Origin: Pseudovirgaria hyperparasitica
Taxonomy: Eukaryota
Assembly (NCBI GenBank): GCA_010093815.1
Contig: ML996574.1
Reading direction: 5' to 3' (one strand)
Length of the DNA stretch: 64,000 nt
The notes beneath the pieces are model-generated. The model was given only the letters and a program-made list of their open reading frames with translations, was not told the DNA's origin and did not search any database. Both the position numbers and the translations under genes were made by a program. Positions 11,258-22,927 of this stretch are shown here, piece after piece (position 1 is the first letter of the stretch; every line of letters starts with the position of its first letter).

Positions 11258-14200
11258 TCGGTTTAGATCTATACTAATTAGTACTAATATATCTCTTTTA
11301 TCTAGCGTTTTTAGTTTTTCGGTTTTAATTTTAAAGCGATCTTACTTCTTCTAGATAGATTAGTACGAGTTTATATAGATCTATATAGATCTTTATATTT
11401 TCTTTTAGCTTTCTTAATTTTATCTTTCTTTAATAATAACTTCTTTAATCTCTTTAGTAATCTATACCGATCTATACTAATCGGCACCGATTTTCGATGT
11501 CTATTTCTCTTAGTAAATTATTTTTCTAAGTCTCTTTTTTAGTTAAATTTTTTAAAGTTCTAAGTTCGAACTTTCTAAGGAAGTTCCTTAATTCCTTAGA
11601 ATGTTTTAAAGATCTATATCTCTTTTACCTTCTTCCTTTTAGGCGGCTGTCCTCGGCGCTAAACTATACTAAAAAACGTTAAATCGCTGTACTTTAGTAT
11701 AATTCTCTGCGATTCCGCGGCTTCCTTTACTAATTGCTGCTTATATACTAATATTGCTACTTTACTAATGTTTATTATAGGTTTCTAAGTATCTTTATTA
11801 GGATTATATCCTTTCTAATAAATCTTATATAGCTATATACTATCTTTAGCGCGTTACTAGCTAAGTATCTACTTAACTTCGTAGATATCTATACCTTCTA
11901 CGTAACTACTTTATATAGTATCTATTCGGAATAATCTAGTAATAATAAGGCATGAAATAGCTCGAGAAGTATAATATGGAATATATTATATATCTTTAAC
12001 GTAGGAGGAAGTTATAACTCGTACGTCTGGTTATTAATTATATAAGTAATCTTATATAGACCTATTATTATATAGTTAAGCTTCTTCTTTGGCCTAATAC
12101 TATGAATATTCTTACTATTTAGTAAAACTTTATCCCTAATATTAAAGATTATAGGTTTTCTACCCTTATTATAGTGCGATTTACTATAATCCGTAGTATC
12201 TTATAGTAACTTTATAACGCTTCTTTACGTTTAGAATAGTTCTATAGTAATTTCTATTACTTTAACGTTAGGTCGTTCTACTTTAAACTAAGTCCCTAAG
12301 AACTATATATTATGGTTCTAACCGAAGTTTACTTTAAATAGACTTACGTCGGTTAACGCATGTCGGCTATTATTATACGCGAATTCCGCAATATAGACTA
12401 ACCTTACCTAGTTATTCTACTTATAGTTATAATATACGCGTAAATACGCCTCGACTATCTAGTTCTACCGCTCCGTCTATCTATCTATTTATAGATGGAA
12501 CGTAGTACTAAGTTTCTACTTAATTCCCAGCGTATAGTAGAAATCCTTCTAAAATTTAGATGTTATCTACGGACCTCTATCCGAAACTATACCATTTAGT
12601 ATACTATAGAGCCGAACTACGTCACGGAGTAGTATATCTATAAGATCCGGTACTTAGATTATCTTCCTTATAGGGATGTAGTATAATATCTTTATAAATC
12701 TATCTAGAACTATAAGTAAACTATTATAAATATACCTAGAATACTTACTTAGGGGCAGATCTATAATAAAATCCATGGATAATTCCTTCTATGCCTCCTT
12801 TAGCATAGGTAATAGCCTTAATTTACTATATAGTAAGTATCTATATACTTTCGTATACTGGTAAACGTTACACGTTTTTACGTAGTCTTTTATATATTTA
12901 TAAAGACCCGGCTAGTCGTACGTCCTTCGGATTAAATTAACCGTCCTTATAACGCTAAAGTACCCTACTAACGCGTAATTATACTATTTCCTTAAAATAT
13001 TAATTTATAAGCCGCCTTCTAGCACGTAGAGTCGGCCTTAGAAGTAGATCGCGTCTAATCGTCGTTTCTACCTTAATAACCACGGCGGATCTATAGCGCT
13101 TCCTTTTATACTTATGACTTTCTTTACTAATATATCGGAATTCTAGGTAGATTTAATTAAGTCTTTAAGGGTTTTCTTAGTTTCTTAGATATTTATTTAG
13201 ATTACTTAATACCCGCTCTAATTCCCGCGGAGAATCGCCGAAAGTATCCTAGCTTCTAGTATTCTATTAGATAACTAGTCTTATAGTATCTAAAGTATAG
13301 TATAGTCTAAATTACACCGACTATCTACATCATTCTATAACGATTTCTTATAATCTTTACGCCGCGATAGAGGATTAGCTTTATTCTCTCTTCTAGCTTT
13401 ATATAAGATTTTAAAGTTAAATATTAATATCTACTTAGCCTAACGTACTTATTAGTAATTAAGAACCTTAGTTAACATAAAGTAACGTAGATTTACGTAA
13501 TCTAATAATAATTCGATCTAATATACGGAGCCTTCTAAATAATATTACTATTACTTAAAACTCTTAATAATTATAAGTAGTTCCTAGTCATACGTATTAT
13601 AACGCGTCTCTATATCCGCCATTTTATAGGAAAAGAAGGCGACCGGGTACTATTATACCTTATCTTTCGTATCTTTATACGGTTAACTAATAATTCTAGT
13701 AATTACGAATTCTAACGCGTTAGTTTCGACCCGAATATACTTCTTAGGATCGAAATACCTAAGAATCGGCGTAGTTATAAAGTAATTCTTTAATAATCGG
13801 AACGCATCTTACGCTTCCGGCGTTAACTATATCTCGACCGACTTAGCTTTACGCTATACTCGCCCACCTATAGGGATTTTACCGCTATTCTCTATAAGTT
13901 TATTAAGCGGCGCCGTAATTTATAAGAAGCCTATAATGAATTTACGATAATAGTTTACGAAACCTATAAACGTTCTAATTTAACGTATAGTAGTAGGTTC
14001 TAGCTATTCTATAATAGTCTTTACACGCTCCGGCTCTATTTTTAGGCCGCTATATATTATAATAAAGCCGAGAAATCTAACTTCTTATTAGTGAAACTCG
14101 TATTTAGATAATTTTACGTAGAGTTTATACTACCTTAGATAATTTAGTACTAATTTCACGTATTCTTTATAATCCTATATACTATCGGAGTAAATTAGTA

Positions 14201-16718
14201 TATTATCGAGATAAACTACGTAAATCACGTTAAGTAATCCTACGAGTATAGTATTAATATATCCTTAGAACGCTCCTAGCGCATTTATTAGCCCGAATAG
14301 TATAATAGTATACTTAAAATAACTATATCTAGTCCGAAATGCGGTTTTCTACTTATCTCCGCGACGAATTCGAAGCTAGTAATATATATCTCGTAAATCT
14401 AGCTTCGTAAAGTACTTTACCTTTATTAATTAGTCTAAAGATTTATTAACTAGCGGTAATAGGTGATGATTCTTCTTAGTTACTATATTTAGTACCTGAT
14501 AGTCGACGCATAGACGTAAACTTCCGTCTTTCTTCTTTACGAAGAGAATAGATACGCCGGCCGATAATATACTATAACATATCTAGCCTCTTTTAAGGTA
14601 TTCTTTAATATATTTACGAAGAACTTCGAGTTCTAGTCTCGAAAGTGGGTAAAGTAGACTATAAGAGACGTCTACTCCCTCTTCGAGCTTAATCTTTAGC
14701 TTATACGGCCCGTAATTAGGGAGAAGTAACGCATCTCCTACCGAAAACATATCCGTATACTACGAATATATATCGGGTAGCGTGTCTTCGCCCCGATTAT
14801 TACTATCGTTCTCGTCTTTATTAATAATTAATAAGGATATAAGATAGATTAGCGACGATTAGGTCCGCACGGCGAGGTTCTATGCCTCCTTACTAATAGT
14901 TACGACTTACTAGTATAATTTACCACGGTATTATCGGAACGTTAATATCTTCTTCTAAAAATTAAGGATAGGGTTTAGGCGTCTAAGCTAAGGTATCCCT
15001 AGAATTATATTCTATTAGCTAATATTAGCCACGATAAATTTATTAGATATCTACTATTTTATTATCTTTAAGTCATGAACTCCGTAATTCGTTATAGCTT
15101 TACCTAAAGTTCTAACTTTATATCTATTAACTATAATAGTTTAGCTAACTTTACCGAGATCGTACGATAATCTATACTCCTTTATAAGAATCGACGAAAT
15201 ATAGTAATCTTCTATACTAGTGTCCACGAGGGCCTATATAGTTTTATTACTATTTACTATAGGTAACGATACTTTTAGTAATATTAGGTCTTTACTCGCC
15301 GGAAGGCGCTACGGCTCCTTCTAAGTATATATAATTTAGCTAAGAACGCGGTTAGGTCTCGTGTACTAGCCTATTCTTTTTTCGGATTCTTATAGTTAGG
15401 CGAAATATATTCTATTTCTCTATACTTATAGTAACGAAGTACGCTATAATCCTACTATTTTACGATAGGTGTTATATTTAAGTCTATACCTTATCCTTTT
15501 CTATGTTAAGAAGTACCGCCTTAATTATTTTAGTATCCTCTTAACGCGTTTCTACCTCGATTTACGCTTTTCTAGCGCTAATCGTAGTAAGGTTACTCTT
15601 AATCGAATGTATTCGATCGACCTTATTTCTAACCCGTATAGGGTTCGTCGGTTTTACCTAGAGAGCCGCGTTCCTTAAGGATGCGGTAGTGTTTATTAGC
15701 TTTCTCCTCTAATTTATGTAGATAGTTAAAACTTAATAATACTATTCCTAGTCTTTTGCGGATTAATAGAAGTAGTACTTCGTGAAACTAGAATATACGA
15801 ATATTTTTCTATAGCGTAGGGATATTATTCTATAGGTTTTAGAGGTATTATAGTAGTTAAGTAGGTGTCTAGTTCGGTCGTTATACCACGCTTCTTAACT
15901 TAGATAGTGCCTTTCTTTCACGTTCTCCATCCGTTCCGAGAGTGTTTAGTATAAATATAGCTAAATATTCCTAGGTTATCGTAGATAGTGGCTGTACTTC
16001 CTTCTATCTATCCTATTAATCGCGGGATTATAAGCCTAGGTATCGTTCTCCGAACGAAATACGTTATACTTTAGTAGAAAAGAGTAGAGGGTTATCGAGG
16101 AAGTACTTTTCGTAGTCTCTCTTCTAGTCTTTCTACTCCTTTTGGTTCTTCCCTATAAATATAGTCGGGTCTTTAGGTTTTAGTATATCTAGGGAAGGAG
16201 TAGAGTAAATCGGTAACGAAGCGGCTAGGTATACGGTGGATTATCGCAACTCTAATGGTAGGTAAACTAATTCTACCTGAATTAGTATAGAAAGTCGTCC
16301 ATCTACTATTATTCGGCGTAGTTCTTTAAGAGACTCCTTAAGTTCTCGTCTCTTTATGAGGAGTTTCGCGCGTTCTACCTATTCTTTAAGGGTTTAAATC
16401 TCTTGAGCCTAATTCGCGACGTATTTCTAAAGTTCGGTAATGGTTTATTATAATACCTTACGTGGCTCCGCCACGACTTATTATCCGGCTTTATATTATT
16501 AGAAGTTACTCGGTGTATCTACTATTTCTTCGTCTAAAAGCTCCGTGATTTAGTCTAATATTTCTACTTCTCGGTTAGAAATGGCTAGGATTAATACCGA
16601 TTATAGAGGATCCCTATTATTTAATATAGTGTTACTTATCCCTATAGTAGATCGTATCGACCTTCTCGGTTCTAGTTAGACTATCTTAACTATAGTACTA
16701 TATAGGGAGTAATTCGAA

Positions 16719-16946
16719 TATAAGAATAGGGTTATTAGATAGTAGTATAGTTAGATAGAATAATAGGGTGTATTCTATTATAGAACGAATTACTACCGAA
16801 CCCTTTTAGTAGAAATCCGAGAGTATATATATAAAGGGACGCCGATCTATCTAGTACGTGACTATTTACCGCCCTTCACATCACCTTCTAACCCTATTAG
16901 CTAAGGTACGTGTAGGTCGGGTCCTATCTAAGGCTAAGTCCTAATA
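16719..16946 (-). repeat. 5' LTR of family A
   Basis: 228-bp direct repeat of 9564-9791 containing a TATA-like run at ~16824-16835. Confidence 0.92.
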
Positions 16947-18437
16947 GAGACGGACCGGCGTGGGTACGCTAAGAATTATATAAATTAGGAAAAAGATTTA
17001 ACGATCGGTATAGAACTATATACCTTTAGTATAGAAACTTCTAGATTAGAGCTATCTTCCCTAAATTTATAGCTCTTTAGTACGCGCGAGGAAGGAACCT
17101 TAGCCTTTTTACTAGAACCTTTTCTAGGAATTTTAATATTACTAGTATATAGAAAGAAGTCTAAAGTAGTAGAGATTTTAGTACTATTATAGAGATTAAT
17201 ATATATTAATAAGAATCTATAATGATTTAAGAAAAATAATATTATCTAGTAATCGCGGTAATAATAGCTATAGTAGATTCTAATAAATCCTTATAGATCT
17301 TATTAGAATCGTACTTCTAGGCGTAACCCTTACCTTAGATATATAGCTTATAGAAAGCCTTCTCTAAGGCGTTATGATTAGTAGTACTACGCTCCTTATT
17401 AGTAGAGGTTACTAGAGGTCTAGTAGTAATCTATACTAATATAAGTAAATCTATATAAAGTTCTTTAAACTTACTTAAATATCTATAAGTAATAACGCTT
17501 CTTAGTTATATAAGTACCGTATATTATAGATTTAGTACTACTATAAGTAATATATAACGGAAAGTAATAACTATAATAATATATAGCTAGATTATTAGAG
17601 CCCGGCCTAGGTTAGAATAGATTAATAGCTTTTAATATATTAGTAATATATACGAGATAGGGATTATTTAAAGACGCCTATTTCCATACTAATTACTTTA
17701 GAGCGTTAAGATTTCGGGAAACTATATTATAATTATTATTAATTTATATAGATTATTACGAATTATATTATTACTAGCTAAGGACGGTATGAAAATTAGT
17801 AAATTATATAAATCATACTAAATTATAGTAAATCTATATAAATCTATATCTATAAGGATCGGGTAATATACCTAATAATCTAAAAAACTCTATAAAGAGT
17901 TAAGAAGTTTTTTAAAGAAAGGAATATTTCTAAGAAAAGATTTTAATATAGGTAGTACCCGGGCTTACCTAATTATATTATATAATACGCTAGGCCTAAT
18001 TAGGTAATCTTACCTATATAAGAAATTAAGATAGATAAAATCTAGTTTATTAGGAAAACACTTATATAAATCTTAGATTAGTAAATATTAGTAAGTATCT
18101 AAGACGAAGCGTAGAGAATAACTAAGGTCTTACGAGACTTAGAATAGAGATATAGGAATAGATAATAATCTAGGTTACTAAGGGTAGCTTCCTAGAGGGA
18201 AGGGATAATTATTAGGACTTAGTCTTAGGTAGAACCCGATCTATATATATCTTAGCTAATAGGGTTAGAAGGTAACGTAAAGGGCGGTAAATAGTTACGT
18301 ACTAGATAGATCGGCGTCCCTTTATATATATACTCTTAGATTCCTACTAAAAGGGTTTGGTAGTAATTTATTCTATAATAGAATACACCCTATTATTCTA
18401 TCTAACTATACTACTATCTAATAACCCTATTCTTACA
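16947..18437 (+). mobile_element. Family A, copy 3: 3' 1.5 kb in opposite orientation, with PPT and 3' LTR (18210-18437)
   Basis: Reverse complement of 9564-11054. PPT AGAGGGAAGGGATAA at 18194-18208; LTR ends TTCTTACA at 18437. Confidence 0.92.
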
Positions 18438-19237
18438 CTATCTTCTAGTAATATTAGTAGTAGTATAAGAGATAGTTAGCTAGTAAGGAGCCTATATAGA
18501 TATTAGTATTATCTATAATACCGCGAGTGGTATATTACAACTCTATTACCATGGATATTAATAGCTTTATCTCTTAGTACTCCGAATTACTAGAGAAAGA
18601 ATAGTATAAGGTTATTAAGGATAAGCTTATCTACTAGCGACGTAAACCTTCTATTAACTACGATAGTAAATAGGCTAACGCGCTAATTACCTTCTAGATA
18701 GCTTATTAGAATAACTATCCTTAGCTAAGTTAACTAGTAATTGACGTTCTAAGTATCCTAGCCTTAAGTTATAAGTATAAACGTGCCTTTAGCGAGGCTG
18801 GCGATATAATTACTACTCGTTAAGTAAAGCTTTATCCTATAATAGTTCGGCTAGTACTCTACTTAAAGTCGTAGATAGAAAAAGAACTTATTAACTTATA
18901 GCCTAAGTCGTAAGGCTAATAATATACTTTTCCGTTCTATATGGTAATCGACTTAACTTAGTAGAGGGTGATTCTATTAAAAAAGCTCGGATTTTAGCTA
19001 TTTCCTCGGTTTTTGACTTAAAGTCATCTATAAGTAACTATATTTAGATATACTTATCTCTTGGTTTCTCTATCTCCTTCCTAATTAGGTAATTATTATA
19101 TAAGCGAGTTAATCTAATATAAGTAATCTTAATCCCTTAGCGTAGATTCCAAGCTTAATCTATACTTTTGGGGTGACTAATCATATAATCCTAATCTAGT
19201 ACCTCGGATTGTATCCGATTGTATATGCTCACGTCTG
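18438..19237 (+). mobile_element. hAT DNA transposon 3' end (transposase dimerisation domain and putative right TIR)
   Basis: Plus strand ~18692-18892 reads F*IAY*NNYP*LS*LVIDVLSILALSYKYKRAFSEAGDII...LYLKS*, the RIP'd form of the hAT YP-x-L...LSIPA-S...ERxFS...LKSW motif. The end reads CAGACGTG... on the minus strand, with two subterminal GATTGTAT repeats. Confidence 0.82.
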
Positions 19238-19769
19238 CGTGTAGAGCGAGGATGATGTAGAGCCCCTGATCGCTAGCCCATCCCATGATTCTATCGAGGT
19301 ACTGGAGGCCCCCTCGAGGGAAGTATTCGTAATCGCGATCAACAATGTCTTCTAAAATCCAGTACCCCACAGATATGCGGATTGTATTCAGTCCATACTC
19401 AGCCATGGTCCTGATATCATCCTGAGTTATCCAAGTATCCCAGTGATGCTGGAATACAGTGTCGGCTTGGCTCTGGCCAAGCTTAGACACGCAGTCAAAC
19501 TCGGATTTGAGACCACGACAGCCCATGTTGTTGAACGTAGTCCGAGCCATCCATGGCTCAATGACAAACAGAGACCCCACGTTGACACCACGAATCTTTC
19601 CAGAGGGTGGAAGCCACTCGGCAGTGGAGTCTGAGCTGTGGCTGTCGTCGCCGCGCCGGACAAGTGAAGCATTGAAAGTGAAGACATCTCTGTCTTCGTT
19701 CTCAAGAGGCAACCATGCTGACGCGAGAGTAGTAAAGACAAGTAAAAGGCTAACTAGATGAGAAACCAT
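19238..19769 (-). pseudogene. Secreted GH5 glucanase (endo-1,6-beta-glucosidase-like), 5' part only, cut by the hAT insertion
   Basis: Signal peptide MVSHLVSLLLVFTTLASA; motifs KIRGVNVGSLFVIEPW, SEFDC and GLNTIRISVGYW. Homology stops at IILALH-G, and the catalytic NEP region is absent. Confidence 0.88.
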
Positions 19770-20599
19770 CTTGAGGGCAGTATACGTAAAAGGAAAACGC
19801 GTGACCGGGATACACATAAAAAGACCCAACGATAAGGAGAGGGATTAGACCTACCTTGTAGCACGTCCAGGGCATACTTATAAGACAACCCATCTGTCCC
19901 TCGTCATCATCTTCTCCTGGAATGCGTAGCGGTAATGTCAACTCCGAGAACTAAGTTCGATTGAGTATCTCGTTCTTGATGCAAGGTTACCTGGCGATGA
20001 CAAAGATCGGGCTGAGCCGCCGAAGGTTGTTTCGATTGCCAGACCCCTGCCATACGAGGATCTCAGAGTATGCTAGATTCGTACTCCGCATGTGCCTGTA
20101 AGGGACGAGTGAGCTTGAATATGGGGTGTCTGGCATGATGTGGTGTGTTGTTCGAAATGCAGGCTGTAATATTAATTACCCAGATAGTGGCATGCAAGGG
20201 CCAGAACGTGCAGCGCAGATCGCCGGTAGCCCAACGCCCTTGGCCCAGCCTATGAAATAGGTTCTGCCCTAGGACCGGCACAGTCCTAGCCTCCGTTTAG
20301 CCAGGAACATGATCGTCACAAACATAAACAATTAAACATCATCATGAGGTGGATAATAAGTCAACAGTAGTTATCCTCTTGATGTGCGCATCGCATGAGC
20401 AGGCCTCACCCAACTTATGCTCCGGTCTATTGTTCAGTCTGTAACGGTTAGTTAGTGCCGTTATGTCGAGTCTTGTCCTGGCTATCGACATCGTGTGTTC
20501 GCATTTGTGGGTGATAAAATAGTATTCGCATAAAAGAAAACATTTCACGCTATATTCCATACCCCTGTCTTAAATTTAATTTCATTTCATTTCCTGTCT

Positions 20600-22630
20600 T
20601 TAAATCACCTCCATATTTTCATGACTGACGAACCATGTGTTGTTCCCAGTATCGACCGTCAAATTCGTCTGCGTTGTCTTTCCATACTTGATCGTTCCAC
20701 TTTCCACCACCCCATTTCCAACCGGTCGTTGCAGCCGATTGTCACCTGCGGCCACGGTGAAGTTGGCGATCGGGATTTCCCAGTTGTTTCGGGTGACCAC
20801 GGTTGGAAGACCGAAGTATCTAGCCTCAACCTGGGCATGCGTGAAGTGCAGCTCGTAGTAGCCACGGTAGTATAGGTCGTTCCATTGTAAAGAAGTGGTG
20901 TCTGATACTAGTGTGTTGGTGTAATTGTTTGCACGGTCGATCGTTATGTTTGCGCCATACGGACACGGACTGCTCACAGCGCTACCTGCAAACTCAACGC
21001 CAAGGGAGCCTGAACCGGTGACTGGATTGTAATCTGCGTGCTCTAGCCATGTCAAGTCACTGACCCAACTTGCATGGCTGTCACCAGCAAGGAAGATGTT
21101 GTTGCCGATGTTGTTGTCGTACAAGGTCGCCAAGGTACGGTTCTTATTCGATTGGTAGCCGTCCCAAGCGTCATAGTTTAGTGGACTGTCTTCACCAAAG
21201 ACCACGCTCTCGTTCAAGCGTGAGAAGACGATTTGACTACCAACAACGCGCCACGTTGCACCACGCTCGGCAGACGACGTGAGTTGATTGTAGAACCAGT
21301 GCTCCTGACGGCTTCCCATCAGTGAGCGGCTCGCGTCGTTGGAGATGGTATGGATATAGTCTGTGTTGAAGTACAGATCGGTGATGGAGCGGTCATACTG
21401 GCGTGTATCGAGCATGATCAGGTCGATCAAGTCACCGATAGCAAAAGAGCGCCAAATACGAAGGTTGTCATCCATGTCGACTTGGCGGATAGGCATCCAC
21501 TCAAAGTAGGCACGCACAGCATTCATCTTGCGTTGGTCAACGGATACGCCGCCGTCCATGACAAAAGACTGTTCGGTGTTGTTCAGCGTGGACGAGCCGT
21601 CGCGATATGTATTATCTGCAACTTCATGGTCGTCCCAAACAGGGATCCAAGCAAACTGTTGGTGGGACGCAAGCAGGTCGTGGTCTTCACGGTAGTTGGC
21701 AATACGGCGGCGATAGTCATGCAGGGTGTATAACTGGCGATCAGGCTGTGGGATGCGACCGATGGAGTAGCCATAGCCGTACTCGCCTGTGACTTGTAAG
21801 TAACGTGCTATGAAACCGGGCTATTCTGGCTTACCCTCAGCGTACTCATAGATATAGTCTCCAAGATGGACCACATAGTCAACAGAGTCCTTGCGGACAG
21901 GATTGCCGTAGGCATTGAAGAAGCCGAAAGCTGCTTCTTGTAAGTCATATGTCTCTCCTTCATGGCTCGCCTCACTTACGGAAGTTGGAGCAGGAATAGA
22001 TTGCCAGCTTTACGTCCGTGACGTGGTCGTCCTTGTTTGGTGTCGTCTTGGTGCGGCCGACCGGGCTGGTGACATTCGAATTGCAGACATTAAATTGGTA
22101 GTAGTACGTAGTAAAGGGCTGTAGATTCGACGCTTCGACCTGTTTCACTTGCATCAGCCCACTTGTACCCGTTATTCGGACATAGTGAATACCTTGACCG
22201 TAAAGTCAACGTCTGAGCTAGTATAAGCTTCCCCGTGGTCTGCAACGTCCTCGAAGCTCTTGTCGGTGGAAACCCTGTACTCAACGCATACAGGTGCTGT
22301 CGAGACCTTGACATATTTTTCCGTCTCGTGGCTGTATAGCGGAACATATCCGCTGACAGTGAGGTTGGAATGGTCGTTGTCTTGGACTGGCCCAACACGA
22401 GTCCAAAGGATCACTGAGTCCGGAAATGGGTCGCCGGACGCAACACCGTGAGTAAAGTTCAAGTGAGACGGGTTCCATGGCATAGTAGGGACATTGCGCT
22501 TGACAACCTTGTGAATAGCTATGCCCAGCCCTGGGTGATGCTCAGAAGGTGACCTGTAATTGAGGTTCTTGGTCCAACTCGCGCTCGCCAGAGCGGCAGA
22601 GGTAAGGACAGAGAGTGACTGAAGCTTCAT
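20600..22630 (-). CDS. phoD: Secreted PhoD-family alkaline phosphatase (4 exons)
   Basis: FTHGVASGDP, VILWTR, HLGDYIYE, WDDHEVADN, LDTRQY, DAWDGY and GDSH motifs. GT-AG introns near 22192-22140, 21979-21931 and 21834-21787. Confidence 0.93.
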
Positions 22631-22799
22631 GGTGCCAATTGAGATCAGAGGACAGCCCGACGAACGCAATGGTCCTCGTATGCCTTCACATACTACCTTT
22701 TGTAGCTGCAGCGTCCAGCTTGAGCTATGCCGGCGATGCGCTCGAAGCAGAGCTCTGTCCCGAGACCAATTGTATAGCGTGTATTTGACATCTGTGCAG

Positions 22800-22927
22800 C
22801 ACGTTGCGAGCGGATTTACAGAGCGAAGCTACTGGAATGAAGAGGATGCGATTGGATGAATAGATTGATGAGGCCGAGACGAGAACTTCTAGCTCTAGGG
22901 TTTGACGTCAAGCAACCCAGAAACGTG
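22800..22927. promoter_or_regulatory. Two CACGTT-type Pho4/NUC-1-like sites upstream of phoD
   Basis: CACGTT at 22800-22805 and AACGTG at 22922-22927, about 170 and 290 bp upstream of the phoD ATG. Short motifs that could occur by chance. Confidence 0.4.

Larger units (their letters stand above)
9564..16946 (-). mobile_element. Ty3/Gypsy chromovirus family A, full-length structure (7383 bp, two 228-bp LTRs)
   Basis: Direct LTRs at 9564-9791 and 16719-16946. Minus strand: CCHC knuckle ~15393-15437, protease ALVDTS ~15218-15235, YLDN ~14200-14215, ELSMDF ~12768-12785, STTFH...TE ~12470-12510, chromodomain YEVK*IL...*KGY...DT*KP ~11780-11885. PPT at 9792-9808. Confidence 0.92.
1..19237. repeat. 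AT-rich RIP-mutated transposon block
   Basis: Strong TpA excess and CpA/TpG depletion, and no long ORFs. Where repeat copies were compared by eye they differ almost only by C>T/G>A. Composition switches abruptly near 19237. Confidence 0.95.

Noticed and set aside
6904..15678. Short plus-strand ORFs at 6904, 7701 and 15469
   Set aside because: Chance stop-free stretches antisense to RIP'd gag/pol, without motif or splice support.
19191..19829. The 212-aa ORF as an intact glucanase
   Set aside because: The last ~15 residues derive from the hAT end, the upstream start precedes the signal-peptide Met, and the catalytic half is missing.
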